A DNA stretch of 64,000 nt from Torpedo marmorata (lineage: Eukaryota): the NCBI GenBank assembly GCA_977017645.1, contig OZ360234.1, positions 16,554,001 through 16,618,000 on the forward strand, in the 5' to 3' direction. Position 1 is the stretch's first letter, and each line of letters opens with the position of its first letter. Both the position numbers and the translations under genes were made by a program. Shown here one piece after another: positions 63,433 to 64,000 of the stretch. Below the pieces are notes generated by a model. The model was not told the DNA's origin. It searched no databases and worked only from the letters and a program-made list of their open reading frames with translations.

Positions 63433-64000
63433 TGTGGTAAACCACTGTGTTTGTATTTGTGGTGTATATAGGTATTACAGGCCGGACTGATTTCTACTCC
63501 CTCCCCTCCCTTGGGTGTCCAGGTAATCCCTCCCCTTTCCTCACCTGAATAAAGGCCACTGTATCTCGGCCACCCCTCCAGTCCGGATCTGATCGAGTAG
63601 GAAGCACGGCTTCATTCTTAGTTAATAAAAGCCTATGATTCACTCGCTCTCACAGTCTTCGAGTGGTTATTGATAGGCCTATCAATTTTATTAACTAAGT
63701 ACTTCTGATGGAAGGAGCACTACGGCCGGCTATCCTCGACCTCGATCACCTAGCCCCCGATGCTAGTAACGTCTTCGAACACTGGCTGCGATGTCTAGAA
63801 TCGTTCATGAGCACCATCGAAGCCGTAAGTGAAGAGCAACGATTGAAAGTCCTCATCTCCAGGGTGAGCTCTCGAGTGTACATAACGATAAGAGACTGCG
63901 AAACCTACTCGGGGGCTATGGATGCCCTGAAAGGAATCTACTTGTCGCCAGTCAACGCGGTCTACGCGCGATACCGACTCTACTCCCGAATTCAGCGAGC
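63433..64000 (+). mobile_element. Second, diverged copy of the same Gypsy family: 5' LTR (63433-63684) and gag start (ATG 63708), cut by the window end
   Basis: LTR TGTGGTAAACC...CCTATCA is homologous to copy 1; gag reads MEGALRPAILDLDHLAPDASNVFEHWLRC. Confidence 0.92.

Overview
This is eukaryotic genomic DNA from a vertebrate, very likely a cartilaginous fish, inferred from HE1-like V-SINEs and HER1/CR1-like LINEs. Two intron-containing genes lie head-to-tail on the + strand. The first is the 3' part of CUL4B (15 coding exons, 4977-33898; the 5' exons are upstream of the window). The second is LAMP2 (exons 1-8 at 45758-56647 plus two alternative terminal exons, a canonical 9B and a divergent 9A-like exon). 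Introns and the intergenic region are rich in mobile elements: a CR1-type LINE with an intact ORF2, many CR1, Rex1, L1 and Penelope fragments, V-SINEs, several MITEs, and a recurrent non-coding retroposon family. There is also a young full-length Gypsy LTR retrotransposon (40541-45109, minus strand) and the 5' end of a second, diverged copy (63433-end). The main observation is that neither Gypsy copy has a tRNA primer-binding site. Instead the sequence next to the 5' LTR is a perfect 14-nt complement of the LTR segment that contains AATAAA, with two compensated substitutions between the copies, which points to self-priming. Also notable are a tandem array of six CACGTG E-boxes in the LAMP2 promoter, a LAMP2A-like tail without the basic cluster, and a YY1/ETS motif array inside Gypsy gag facing LAMP2. 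All calls were made by eye without database searches, and repeat boundaries are approximate.
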